NCBI GenBank assembly: GCA_003990765.1
Contig: RBNJ01000315.1
Location: 1 to 33,369 of the forward strand
Length of the DNA: 33,369 nt
Reading direction: 5' to 3'
Source: Jimgerdemannia flammicorona
Lineage: Eukaryota
A program made the position numbers and the translations under genes. The notes beneath the pieces are model-generated. The model saw only the letters and a program-made list of their open reading frames with translations, ran no database searches and was not told where the DNA came from. Below are positions 1 through 10,852 of this stretch, piece by piece; positions within the stretch are counted from its first letter, which is position 1; every line of letters begins with the position of its first letter.

Positions 1-18
1 AAAAAAAAAAAAAAAAAA
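1..18 (+). repeat. Poly(A) tract, possibly the 3' tail of a LINE inserted into gag of Gypsy copy A
   Basis: 18 A abut GGAGCCAAGGTTATCTACTCAGAG, which in copy C (minus, ~15325-15345) is internal gag sequence with no poly(A). Confidence 0.5.
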
Positions 19-19
19 T

Positions 20-3000
20 GGAGCCAAGGTTATCTACTCAGAGAATAGGAACTACCAGTAAGAGGAAAGAAGACACTCTGCCCAAGATAGAGTCCAAGTT
101 CAATACTTCCCCTGTGGATAATTTGGACACTATACTACTGAATATAACAATAGAAGAAATGACCAAAGGGACTCAGAATCACCAAACTGAAAGAATGAAA
201 CTCAGTACAAGAAGACTGAAGCCTATCCTGTTAAAGATTTTGAGGAAGAAAGCAACAGTGAAGACTACAGTGATCTAGATTTGTATTCAGCCAAAGTTAC
301 CACCTAAAAAACAGTTTATCTAATAGAGAAGAGGAAGAGACCTGTAGGAAGACCATCCAGGAATATCAGCAGAAGAATCTAAGAGAAAGATGAAGAATAT
401 GAAGAGAAGCAAGTAGAAATACCTCTCTGATCTCTCTCATCTTTTGTTCTTGAGACAAATGAGTTATCATCAGAAGATGAAGAAATGGAACAAAAAGAAT
501 GGGAACCTACTGCTCTAATGCTTAAGAAGAAGTATATTCTGAAGACTATGCCTAGGGATATCTACAATGAAGTCTGGTAGAAGATTCAAGAAGTCAAGAT
601 GGAAGTCCCTCTTCTGCAGTTCCTATAACTGACACTAGCTGGAGTCTGAAACAAATTGCTGAGGACTACTAGGTCTAGCACTGACCAAGTCCTAGTCTCA
701 CAGTAAGAGCCAGCCCCCACCCCTATCCAGGCTACAGAGAGATATGTCAGCACCTACCTACATAGAGATATTGGAGGATAAAAGGTGAAAATCCTCATAG
801 ATATAGGAGCAGCTGTCTGTGTTATTGCCAAATAATTACTGGATACCCTCTAATGGCCCATTGATGGACCATCCAATCTCAGCATTATAGTAGCAGATAG
901 AGTCCAAACTCAACTCCTTAGAGAAGTATGAAATATCACTATCTCTCTTGGACACATTTAGTTCTCTATCCTAAAAGCTATTGTCACCAAAGCTATCACC
1001 TATGACATAATCCTTAGTACTAACTGGATGAAGGAAATGAATGCAGTTGTTGATATCAGCCAATAAATACTCAAGTTTGACTACTGAGGCAAGAAGTACA
1101 GAGTTAAGGTGACCAGCTATGAGCAATTAAAAAAGAAGAAAAAGATCACTATCTAGGAAGAATATGCCAGCAATGAAGAATCTACCACAGAAGAGAAAGA
1201 AGAATCTGAAGATGGAAATGATCCTAGACTCAATCCCTGAATCAACCTAGTGGATGATAGACTAGTAGATAATGTGTGGGTAAGAAATACTGTCCCTATC
1301 ACTATTGAAGCTATTGCAAGAGAGATCAAAGGATGTCCTACCTGCTTCAAGAGATACAAGTGCTCTGAGCACTTCTCCAAAATTATTGGGACAAGAAATT
1401 CGCCTGGTACAGTCTGCCCAGAATGCAGAAGAAAGAAGAAAAAATGCAGACATATTCCAGAGACACCTGTAGTTGAAGCTGCAGAAGTACAAGCAATTTG
1501 GGGTCAAGAATCATCTGAGGAAGAAGAAGCCTTTAAATAGAAGGTTTCTGAACAAGAAGTATCTGAAGAAGAAGAGGTTCCCAAACTCATCCCCTGGTAT
1601 GATCCTCACTGGACACTACTTGAAGATAATGACCCCTGGAATATTGAAGAAGGATCCAGTATAATCTCCATTATTTCCAAGCAAGAAACTCACCAAGAGA
1701 GAGTCTTTTGGCTAGGAAGATACCCACATCAAATGATCTTCCACTCTCTCTGAGACTACTACTATCAATACCACATATTGGATCAATAAGAGAGACAGAG
1801 ACCCTAAAGATTAGAACTCCCAACTATAGTTACATAGTTAACTATCTTTCAAGAAGTCACCACTAAGTTGCAAAGCCAATTCAGAGGACAAGGTCTCTTT
1901 ACCTGAACAGAAGTATATCCCTTGGCCACTCTTCTCTCAACTTATGACCAAGATGGATACTGATTCCCAAGACAACAAGAGATTAACAACTGGGAATAGT
2001 ATTTTTGAGCAATAGGATATTGTAATTATAGAAGACACTCAGACTGCTGAGACTGCAGACACCAGAAGATTCATCTCAGTTAGAATATTGCAATTCATAC
2101 CTTGAAGAGAGGAGCTAACAGAGACCAGATCTGAAAAGCCAGACCAAAAAACCAGGAAGAAGGACCCTCAAGATCTATAATTTAGGAGAAGACATCCTAG
2201 CTCTTACAGACATGCAACCTGCCAAGGATGGATAAAGTATGCCACAAACTTCATGGAAGCCCTAGACCCTATAGAAAAGAGAGGAATCAACTACCTCCAA
2301 GATCTCTCTACTGGAGCCAGATGGCCATACCTCAATCTCAGAGCCTAGAGACTTTTTGCCAGTAGAGCTTTAGCCCAAGGACAGCCCAAACTCAGCAAAG
2401 ATGTCTCTACTATATCTCAAGACTAAACCCCCAACCAAAGCTCACCAAGAAAATGTAGGGTATGATCTCTACAGTCTGGAGGGTGAATCCATTAAGTCTG
2501 AAAAAATACTGATATTCAGAACCAGACTAGCTATATAGCCACCCCAAGGAACTTACATCTAACTGACCTCAAGGTCTGGACTTGCCAAATAAGAAATAAC
2601 TATAGAAGGAGGAACTATTGATCCAAAATATACAGACAAAATTAAGATCATCCTATATAACAGTAGTACAGAATATCACTGAATTATAAGAGTACAGAAG
2701 ATTGTCCAAGCAGTCTTCATAAAAGTCAAGACCCCACAATTACAAGAAATCTCCAAACTGACTAAAGAAATAAGGGAAGCTGAAGGATTTGAGAGCTCAG
2801 ACAAAAAGAAAGTATATCTCCTTCAGGTCAATTATCTCAAGAGGAATATTTCCCAGCAAGTATACTGCCAACCAGTCAAACTGTACAAGAATCTCATCCT
2901 GGAGTCTGGAGAGCAAACCACCTTTAAAATCTTTGCATCACCCGACTCCAGAAACCTCTTCTTTGAACTCAATGAAGATATCCTGAATCTGGATATTAAA

Positions 3001-3212
3001 GGATATACATTCTCTGACAAGATGAACCCAGTACAGTTCCAAGCAATCAACCAGAGTTGAGAAACCATCATCTTGCCAAAAGAAACCATTATAGGACACC
3101 TGGTGCCTTTTTTAACTGAACTTATAGAGAAGTTTATGAACTAAACTTATCAGGAAATAGCAAAAGATCACAGAAGAAAGGAAAGGCCCCTCTGTGAACC
3201 AGGAGACAGTGA
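20..3212 (+). pseudogene. ORF1 remnant: Gag C-terminus (CCHC), aspartic protease, Cys/His-rich insert, dUTPase, dUTPase-like module
   Basis: Knuckle YFPCG*FGHYTTEY at ~104-146 (copy C: CFHC..FGHYATEC); protease ILIDIGAAVCVI with D at 800 (copy C NTGA, consensus DTGA) in the same frame; many C>T stops and a few indels; 0-frame stop TGA 3210-3212. Confidence 0.85.
2410..2800 (+). pseudogene. dut: Trimeric-type dUTPase domain in ORF1 (degenerate)
   Basis: Motifs VGYDLYS, TSRSGLA, GGTIDPKYTDKIKIILYN, KIVQAVF and R.AEGFESS (RGxxGFGSS); also in copy B (~9320-9715) and copy C (~12575-12975). Confidence 0.92.
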
Positions 3213-3220
3213 AGCCTTTC
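3152..3220 (+). promoter_or_regulatory. Predicted -1 programmed ribosomal frameshift signal (slippery heptamer plus H-type pseudoknot)
   Basis: A GGA AAT 3152-3158 (B: A GGA AAC; C: G GGA AAT); stem TCACAGA 3168-3174 pairs with TCTGTGA 3191-3197; loop GAAAGGC 3181-3187 pairs with GCCTTTC 3214-3220; downstream coding frame is -1 in all three copies. Confidence 0.75.
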
Positions 3221-5678
3221 ACAAATATTGGAGAAGAATTGATACTCTAGCAATGGCAACAACTAGTTGAACTCTTCAACAAATATCAAGATATCTTTAC
3301 TACTGATTATGGCAATCTGCCATACAACCCATCATACCACTATAGCATAAATATAGAAAATGCAATACCCATCCGACAGAAATCCAATAGTATACCCCAT
3401 TACCTGAAGACATTCAAAAAGGAGCACATTCAAGAACTCTTGGACAATAGAGTCATCCTACCCTCTACTTGCCCTTGGGTCAGCCCTATACTTATTGTAC
3501 CAAAGAAAGAAGGATGGAGTCTCTGTATAGATTACAGAAAACTCAATTCAGTCACTGAAAAGGATTTCTATCCTTTGCCCAGAATTGATGACCTCTTGGT
3601 TCAGTTATAAGATACCAGATAATTTAGTAGTATAGACCTTTTCACAGGATTCCACAAGATCCCCATAGACCCAAAAGACATTCAAAAGACAGTCTTTCTT
3701 GCTTTAGGAAACTGTTTGAATACCTCTGAATATTCTTTAAACTTTGCAATATACCCCCCACCTTCTAGAGGATGATGAATTCAGTCTATGTTCCCCTGAT
3801 CCACTACTATCTGATTGTATATATGGATGATTTAAACATCTATTCAGCAAATTTCAAGGAACATCTACACCACCTAGAAGAATTCTTCAAGCTCACCTGT
3901 AAGAACCATCTGAGACTCAATGCTAAGAAATACTACTTTGGGAAACAGAAACTTAAATTCCTTAGATTTATAGTTTCAAAAGAAGGACCTCATGCAGATT
4001 TAAAGAAAACTGAGAAGATCAACAATTGGTCAGTACTCAAGACTGCAAAGGAAACATTATCATTTCTGATACTAATATTCTACTATAGAAGATTTATTAA
4101 GGACTTTGCCCAAATTGCTATTCTAATCTAAATCCTTCTTAAGAAAGAAGTGCCATATAAATGGATAGAATTACAAGAGAAAGCCTTCAAAGAACTCAAG
4201 ATCCACATAACCATAGCACCAATTCTTATATACCCCAATCTACAGAAGTCATTCATCTTATATACAGATACTCCTAAAGATGGCCTGGGAGCAGTTCTAG
4301 CCTAAGAAGGACCTGACCAATAATACCATATGATTGCTTATACAAGCCAAGCTACTAATCAGTAACAGATGAACTATGGTATCACCAAATTGGAATGTCT
4401 TATAGTCATATGGACAGTTACTCTGTTTAAGCATTACCTCATCAGAAAAAGATTCACTCTGATAACTGACCATACAGCCCTCAAATGGCTATTCAACTAC
4501 AAGAAACCTACCAGAATCCTAGCTCACTGGATTCTTATCCTTCAGAATTACAAAATCACCATTATCTACAAAGCAGAGAAAGCTTACAACAATATTGATA
4601 TACTTTTCTGCCAATCCCAATAAATCAGAAGAAGGGTGTAGCAAGAAACTATACCCTAAAAAGATGCTCCTCAGACCATCAAGGGATACATCAGAAAGCC
4701 CATCAAGGATAGGTAAATATAGAAGAAAAGTTGTAAACAACCCACCAATATTGGCTCAATCTCAGAATACAAGTCTGGGATATACTCAAGAAATGTGATA
4801 TCTGCCAGAAGTATCAAGGAAGAAAGAATTACTAAGCACCACTACAACCAATTGTACCACTAGACAATATCTTCAAGAGATGGAGAGTAGATGTAATTGA
4901 ATCCCTACCAGTTATACCAAGAAGAAACAAGTATATCATATATTTGTTGAGTATCTGACCAAGTGGCCCAAGGCTTTCTAAATGGAAATCACAGATGTCT
5001 TAACCATTGTAGATCTTCTCCATAGACTCACACTCAGATATGGACTCCCAGAAGAACTTATCTCTGACCTAGGTACAGAATTCATCAATAATATAGTCAT
5101 AAGTTATACCCAAATTCACAAGATTCATCTCAAATAGACCACATCATACCACCCTCAGACCAATGATATGACAGAAAGAATGAACCAGACCATTGAGAAA
5201 GAACTTACCTAAGTCAATTCTACCAACTGGGACCTCTACTTATCTGAGATCCTATGGGAAATCTAGAACACCCCTGCTGCCTCTACCAAATAAAAGCCAT
5301 TTGAAATGATGTTTACTAAGAAAGCCAGAACTACTGACTATGAGAATCTTGGAGATCTCCTCAAGAAGGCAGAACTATTATGTAATCAAGTACGAATTCA
5401 GATTATCAAAGCCCAACAAAGATAAAAGAAGTACTATATATGATTAGAAACAGAAGAATCAGGAGATTAAGATTGAAGATCAAGTATTACTTTGGAGAAG
5501 CATAATTGAAACAAATTTTGCCACCAAACTGGAGTCCAAGTGAAAAGAATCTTATCTTATATACAACATCAGAGGAATCAGTATCTATTTAAGAAGTATG
5601 GATAGACAAACCCTCAGGACACCAGTATACATCAACTGCCTCAAGATATATCTCTCTAACCATAAACCAGACAATTGA
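3152..5678 (+). pseudogene. pol: pol remnant: reverse transcriptase, RNase H, integrase
   Basis: [36 protein letters not shown] (ORF 3772-4131), YTD...GLGAVL, NYGITKLEC, TDH, HHCC zinc finger (~4680-4806), WRVDVI, ISDLGTEF, TERMNQTI and a GPY/F-like tail; stop at 5678 or 5756. Confidence 0.93.
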
Positions 5679-6174
5679 CCAGTGTCTCCAGACCCTTGTT
5701 CTGAGTTCATTTCAATCACTTCTAGTTCCCATCTCACAATTTCAACAAGCCAATAAAAACCCCCTTCAATGAATCCAGACCAATCAAGAGGACCTCATTC
5801 TGGCCAGATATTTACTATAAGTCCACTAGCTATAGGTCTACTATACAATTGGAGAACAATTGTAAAATCTTCCAGCAGCAGACCTAATCTATATCAGGAA
5901 CTCCACTGACCTCACTCAGAAAAATACCACTGCTGCAGACAGAATGTACACAATCTACAAATGAAACATCTCAGTATTGATACAGACACAATTCTCTCTG
6001 AATGATATATAAAACATAAATCCTACTACCTATTAGAGTATTATCAACCATGTCAAAATCCTGTTTCCAGAGGAAGAAGAAGAACTTATCAAATAGAGTG
6101 ACTCTGATCCAAATAAAGATAGTGGTTCAGATATTGATGTTAAAGATGCTTATGCATATTGGAATGATGACTAA
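5662..6174 (+). pseudogene. Extra ORF3 of unknown function between integrase and PPT (~170 codons, degenerate)
   Basis: One frame without indels reads (I/M)NQTIDQCLQTLVLSSFQSLLV...DLILARYLL*VH*L*VYYTIGEQL*NLPAADLIYIRNSTDLTQKNTTAADRMYTIYK...FPEEEEELIK*SDSD...AYWNDD*; the internal stops can each be explained by C>T. Confidence 0.6.
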
Positions 6175-6202
6175 AGGATTGTTTGAGAGTAGAGCACTCT
6201 TT

Positions 6203-6214
6203 AGTGGGGGCTGA
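6203..6214 (+). promoter_or_regulatory. Polypurine tract of copy A
   Basis: AGTGGGGGCTGA immediately before the TGTAAT LTR start. Confidence 0.7.
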
Positions 6215-7510
6215 TGTAATAAGCAGCAGAATTGTACTATCAAAATCATAAATTAGCCATATACTATATCTAGTATACTAAGCAACCAAGACTACTTTAC
6301 TGCAGCAATCTGTATAATTAGTCAGAGATATCAGAAATAGTATTTTTACCCATACTGAGTGGATATACTATACTGAGTGGATATATTGTATACTATACTA
6401 TCTAGAAATACTTATCATAGATAGCAATATATAGTTAGTAATATAGTAACCAGATAGCAACCACAACTATATAAAATACTCCAGAGACAAGAGTGAAAAA
6501 TCCTCAGTCCAAAATTGAATCCAAAAGCAAAAGATAAGTCTACCTACCACACTTTGAGAGAAACTCTACAACTACTATTAGGAGATTATAAGCTTTGCTA
6601 TTTCTATTTCTACTCTGGTCCACTTTCTGATATAAAGAATAAGTTTATTTTTGATTTACTTCCTAGATAAGTCTGAAGAAACCACCAAGTTCAGGAAGAA
6701 CTTTGCTACTATTTAAGTAATTCACTACTTAAGGAATAAGCTACTATTTTCAAGGAAGTCTACTATTCTCAGAGAGCCTGCTATTCTTATCACAAGCCAG
6801 TCTATCTGATGCAACTTCACAGTAGAGCCAGTCTATCCAATGTAACCCTATACAAATAAAACCAGTCTTTGATATAACTTGCCATCTAAGTTATTCTATA
6901 TTTCCAAGAAGAGCTGATTCAGGAAGAATCTGCAACATCAATTATCTATGTCATCTGAGATTATCTAAGTTACTTATATTATCTGAGTTATTCATCTATT
7001 CCCAGTGAGCCTGATTCAGAAGTATCTGCACTACCCTCTATTCTCAGTGAATCCACACCCAAATCAAGTTATCTGCCAAATTACCAGATCACCTTATATA
7101 AGAAAACTACTAAATTGCCAGACTGTCATATATAAGGAGATCACCATGCTATATAAGAGATCATCATGCAGAAAATGTATAAGGAAACTGCTAAATTGCC
7201 AGACTATCATACATAAGGAGATTGCTATACTATACAAGAGATCATCATATAAAAATTATATACTCACATTACACAAGTTTCCACTATATCCAGAGAATCA
7301 TCTCAATAAAAAAACCTACCTAAATTAACTACCACATAAACAGAGAAACTACTGTTATATCTAGCTTTGACTATTATACCACTAAACACCAATAAGACTA
7401 CTAGGATCTTAGAATATTTTATTACTTTTGACAAAGTAACTAGGGGCTCAAGTCAAACCACATTATCTCCCAACCTTGTAATTTGCCTTTATTGAGCCAG
7501 GCACATTATA
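6215..7510 (+). repeat. 3' LTR of copy A (~1.3 kb)
   Basis: Begins TGTAAT after the PPT; ends TTGAGCCAGGCACATTATA, matching the LTR end of copy C (TTGAGCCAGGTATATTACA) and of copy D; TATAAAA at ~6470. Confidence 0.85.
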
Positions 7511-9823
7511 ATATCAACATTATTGTGAACTTTCTCTACTTTATAGATAATAGTCATTTTGTAATCCTGAAGGATAAGGATCTAGCAGGCTAGGATTCTA
7601 GTAGGTTTCTTATAGTTGAATAGCTATTTGAGGGCAGCATGGTCAGTTATCAAAGTGAATCTTTTTCTAATAAGATAATGTTTGAACAGAATGACTGCCT
7701 ATATGACTATAAGGCATTCCAGTTTGGTACTACCATAGTTGGTTTGCTACTGATTAGTTGCTCAGCTTGTATAAGCTATCACATGATATTATTGATCAGG
7801 TCTTTCTTAGACTAGAACTGCTCTAAGACCATCTCTGGAGGTATCTATATATAGGATGAATGGCTTTGGTAGATTGGGGCACAACAAGGATTAGTACTAT
7901 AGTTATACAGTACTTGAGTTTCTTGAAGGCTAGTTCTTGTAATTCAATTTATTTATAAGATACTTCTTTCTTGAGAAGGATTTATATTGGGGTAGTAATT
8001 TGGGCAAAGTCCTTGATGAACCTTCTGTAGTAGAACATTAGTATCAAGAATGATAGTGTTTTCTTTAGGGTCTTAGATACTGACCAATTGTTGATCTTTT
8101 TAGTCTTCTTTGGATCTATATGAGTTTCTTCTTTCAAAACTATGAATCTAAGAAATTCAAGTTTCTGTTTCCCAAAGTAGTATTTCTTGACATTGAGTCT
8201 CAGGTGATTCTTATCAGTGAGCTTAAAGAATTTCTCTAGGTAGTACAGATATTCCTTAAAATTTACAGAATAGATATTTGAATTATCTATATATACAATC
8301 AGGTAGTAGTAGATCAGTGGGCCATAGACTGAGTTCATCATTCTCTAGAAAGTGGTTAGTATATTGCAAAGTTCAAAGAGCATTTGGAGGTACTCAAACA
8401 GTTTTCCAGAGCTAGAAAGGCTATCTTCTGAATGTCTTTGGAATTTATGGAAATCTTATAGAATTCTGTAAAAAGGTCCATACTGCTGAAGTATCTGGTA
8501 TCTTGTAACTGGTCTAAAAGATTATTGATTCTGAGCAAAGGATAGGCATCTATTTCAGTTACTAAGTTGAGTTTTCTATTGTCTATGCAGAGTCTCCATC
8601 CTCCTTTCTTTAGTATAATAAGTATGGGACTAGCTCAAGAGCTAGTAGAGGATTGGATGACTCTATTGTCTAAGAGTTCTTAAATATGTTTCTTTTCAAA
8701 TATCTTTAGGTGATGGAGTATTCTATAGGATTTCTGCCAGATGGGTGTTGTATTTTCTGTATTTATATTATAGTGATATGATGGGCTATATGACAGATTA
8801 TCATAATCAGTAGTGAAGATATCTTGATATTTGTTGAGAAGTTCTACTAGTTGTTACTATTGTTGAGATATCAATTCTTCTCCAATATTGATAGAAGGCT
8901 TCACTGTCTTCTGGATCACAGAGGTGTCTTTTCTTTCTTCTGGGACCTTTTGCTGTTTCCTGATAAGTTTAGTTTATAAACTTCTCTGTGAGTTCAGTTG
9001 AGAAAAGGCACCAGATATTCTATAATAGTTCCTTTTGACAAGGTGATGCTTTCTCAACTCTGGTTGGTTGCTTAAAAGTATACTGGATTCATCTTATTAG
9101 AGAATGTGTATCTTTCAATATCCAGATTCAGGATATCTTTATTGGGTTTGAAGAAGAGATTCTTGGGATTGGGTGATATAAAGATATAGAATATAGTTTG
9201 CTCTTTAGGCTCCAGGGTGAGATTCTTGTGCAGTTTGACTGGTTGGCAATATACTTGCTAAGAGACATTCTTCTTAAGGTGGTTGATCTGAAGGAGATAT
9301 ACTTCTCTCTTATCTAAGCTACTAAATCCTTCAGCTTGCCTTGCTCCTTCAGTTAGTTTGGAAACTTCTTATAATTGAGAGGTCATAACTTTTATGAAGA
9401 CTGTTTGAGCAATCTTCTGTCCTCTAATAATTCAGTGCTATTCTGTACTACTGTTATGTAGAATGATCTTGATTTTGTCTATATATCCTAGATCTATAAT
9501 TCCTCCTTCTACAGTTATCTCTTGTCTGATAAGTCCAGATATTGAGGTCAGTCTGATATAAGTCCCTTGAGGTAGTTGCATGGCTAGTTTAGTTCTGAAC
9601 ATCAGTGTTTTTCCAGGTTTGATAGGTTCTTCCTCCAAACTGTAGAGGTCATATTCTTCATCTTTCTGGTGAGCTTTGGTCGAGGGTTTGGCCTTGGGAT
9701 ATAATAGAATATACTGGACAACATCCTTTCTGAGTTTGGGCTGTCCTTGAGCTGAAGCTCCACTAGCAGAAAGTCTCTAAGCTCTGAGGTTGAGGTGCAG
9801 CCATCTGGCTTCAGTAAAGGGAT
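7511..9823 (-). mobile_element. Gypsy family 1 copy B, internal fragment (dUTPase to end of RNase H)
   Basis: ORFs 9438-9638 (dUTPase), 8356-8538 and 7982-8341 (RT) parallel copy A; interrupted at the RNase H end (HNNVDI) by the copy A LTR. Confidence 0.92.
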
Positions 9824-10852
9824 ACCAATTGTACTAGCTCTGAAAAAAGGAAGTAAGTTAGGAGAATTTGTCTCCAAATTCTATATAAACTATAGAAAAC
9901 TCAACAAGGTTACTAAGAAGGATTACCAACTACTATTTCTCATCAGTAACATCTTGGTGATATTAGAAAATAAAGTTCAATTCTATACTATCTTGGATTT
10001 ATACTCAGGATTTTATCAAATTACTCTCACAAAAGATGTTAGTGAGAAGTTAGCCTTTATCACCTCAGATAGAATCTATATCTATTTGCAAAAACTATTT
10101 AGAATATATAATACTTCAGTAAGCTTCTAAAGAATTATTAATAAGATCTTTTATAATAATATGAGAAAATAGATAATGATATATAGATGATATAACTATC
10201 TTTAGCAAGATAGCTTAAAAATATCTGAACTATATTTACTGAATTTTTCAGAAACAGAGAGACTATGACTTATTTATCAAGCAAAGAAGTAAAAGCTTAT
10301 AGAAATCAAGATCTCTTATCTTAAATATATTACCAATTAGACTGAAATCCATTTAGACTCTATCAAGATTTAAGCAGTAATAGTCTACTTAAGACTCACT
10401 ATAGTTACTGAAGCCCAAGTCTTTATAAGACTTACTTCTTATTATAAAATATTTATCAGAGAATTCTTCAACATCACAGATCCTATCTATGAACTATTTA
10501 AGAAAGATATTAAGTTTCAATAGATTAGTAGACAACAATAAGCTTTTGAACACCTCAAGGTTCAATTTATCTAGGTATCCATCTTAAGAAGATCTAACTG
10601 ATCTCAAGAGTTCAGCTTACTGATAGATATAAACTCAATTAGACTAAGAGCTATTCTTATATAAAAGAAGGATAAAGTTGAGTATATAATTACATATCTC
10701 AAAGAACTTATAGAGAAGAAAGAGGATATTAATTATCAAGTTAAAGTGTCTCACAGTTATCTGAACAGTAGAAATGTTCCACTACTATCTTGTAGGAAGA
10801 TACTTCACTATTCTGATAGATCATTTAGTCCTCATCTAGTTATTGACTATAA
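9824..10852 (+). pseudogene. pol: RT-RNase H fragment of a second Gypsy family
   Basis: PIVLALKKGSKLGEFVSKFYINYRKLN, LDLYSGFYQI, YIDD at ~10180, RNase H to FTILIDH; clearly different from family 1; no LTR. Confidence 0.88.

Larger units (their letters stand above)
19..7510 (+). mobile_element. Ty3/Gypsy LTR retrotransposon, family 1 (dUTPase-bearing), copy A; 5' part lies outside the window
   Basis: Domain order CCHC knuckle, protease, dUTPase, RT, RNase H, integrase, PPT, LTR; homologous to copies B, C and D. Confidence 0.95.

Noticed and set aside
18..278. ORF-track proteins 18-278 and 15040-15507 as Gag
   Set aside because: Wrong frame; the CCHC knuckle is in an adjacent, stop-interrupted frame
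329..355. AT-hook-like KRKRPVGRP in Gag
   Set aside because: Core is VGRP rather than RGRP, and the motif is disrupted in copy C
5500..6200. Chromodomain or Env after integrase
   Set aside because: No chromodomain signature and no evident transmembrane segment or furin site
7005..7328. 107 aa ORF with an internal repeat
   Set aside because: Lies within the LTR, has a GTG start, and the repeat reflects an ~80-nt DNA duplication; no matching ORF is listed for LTR C
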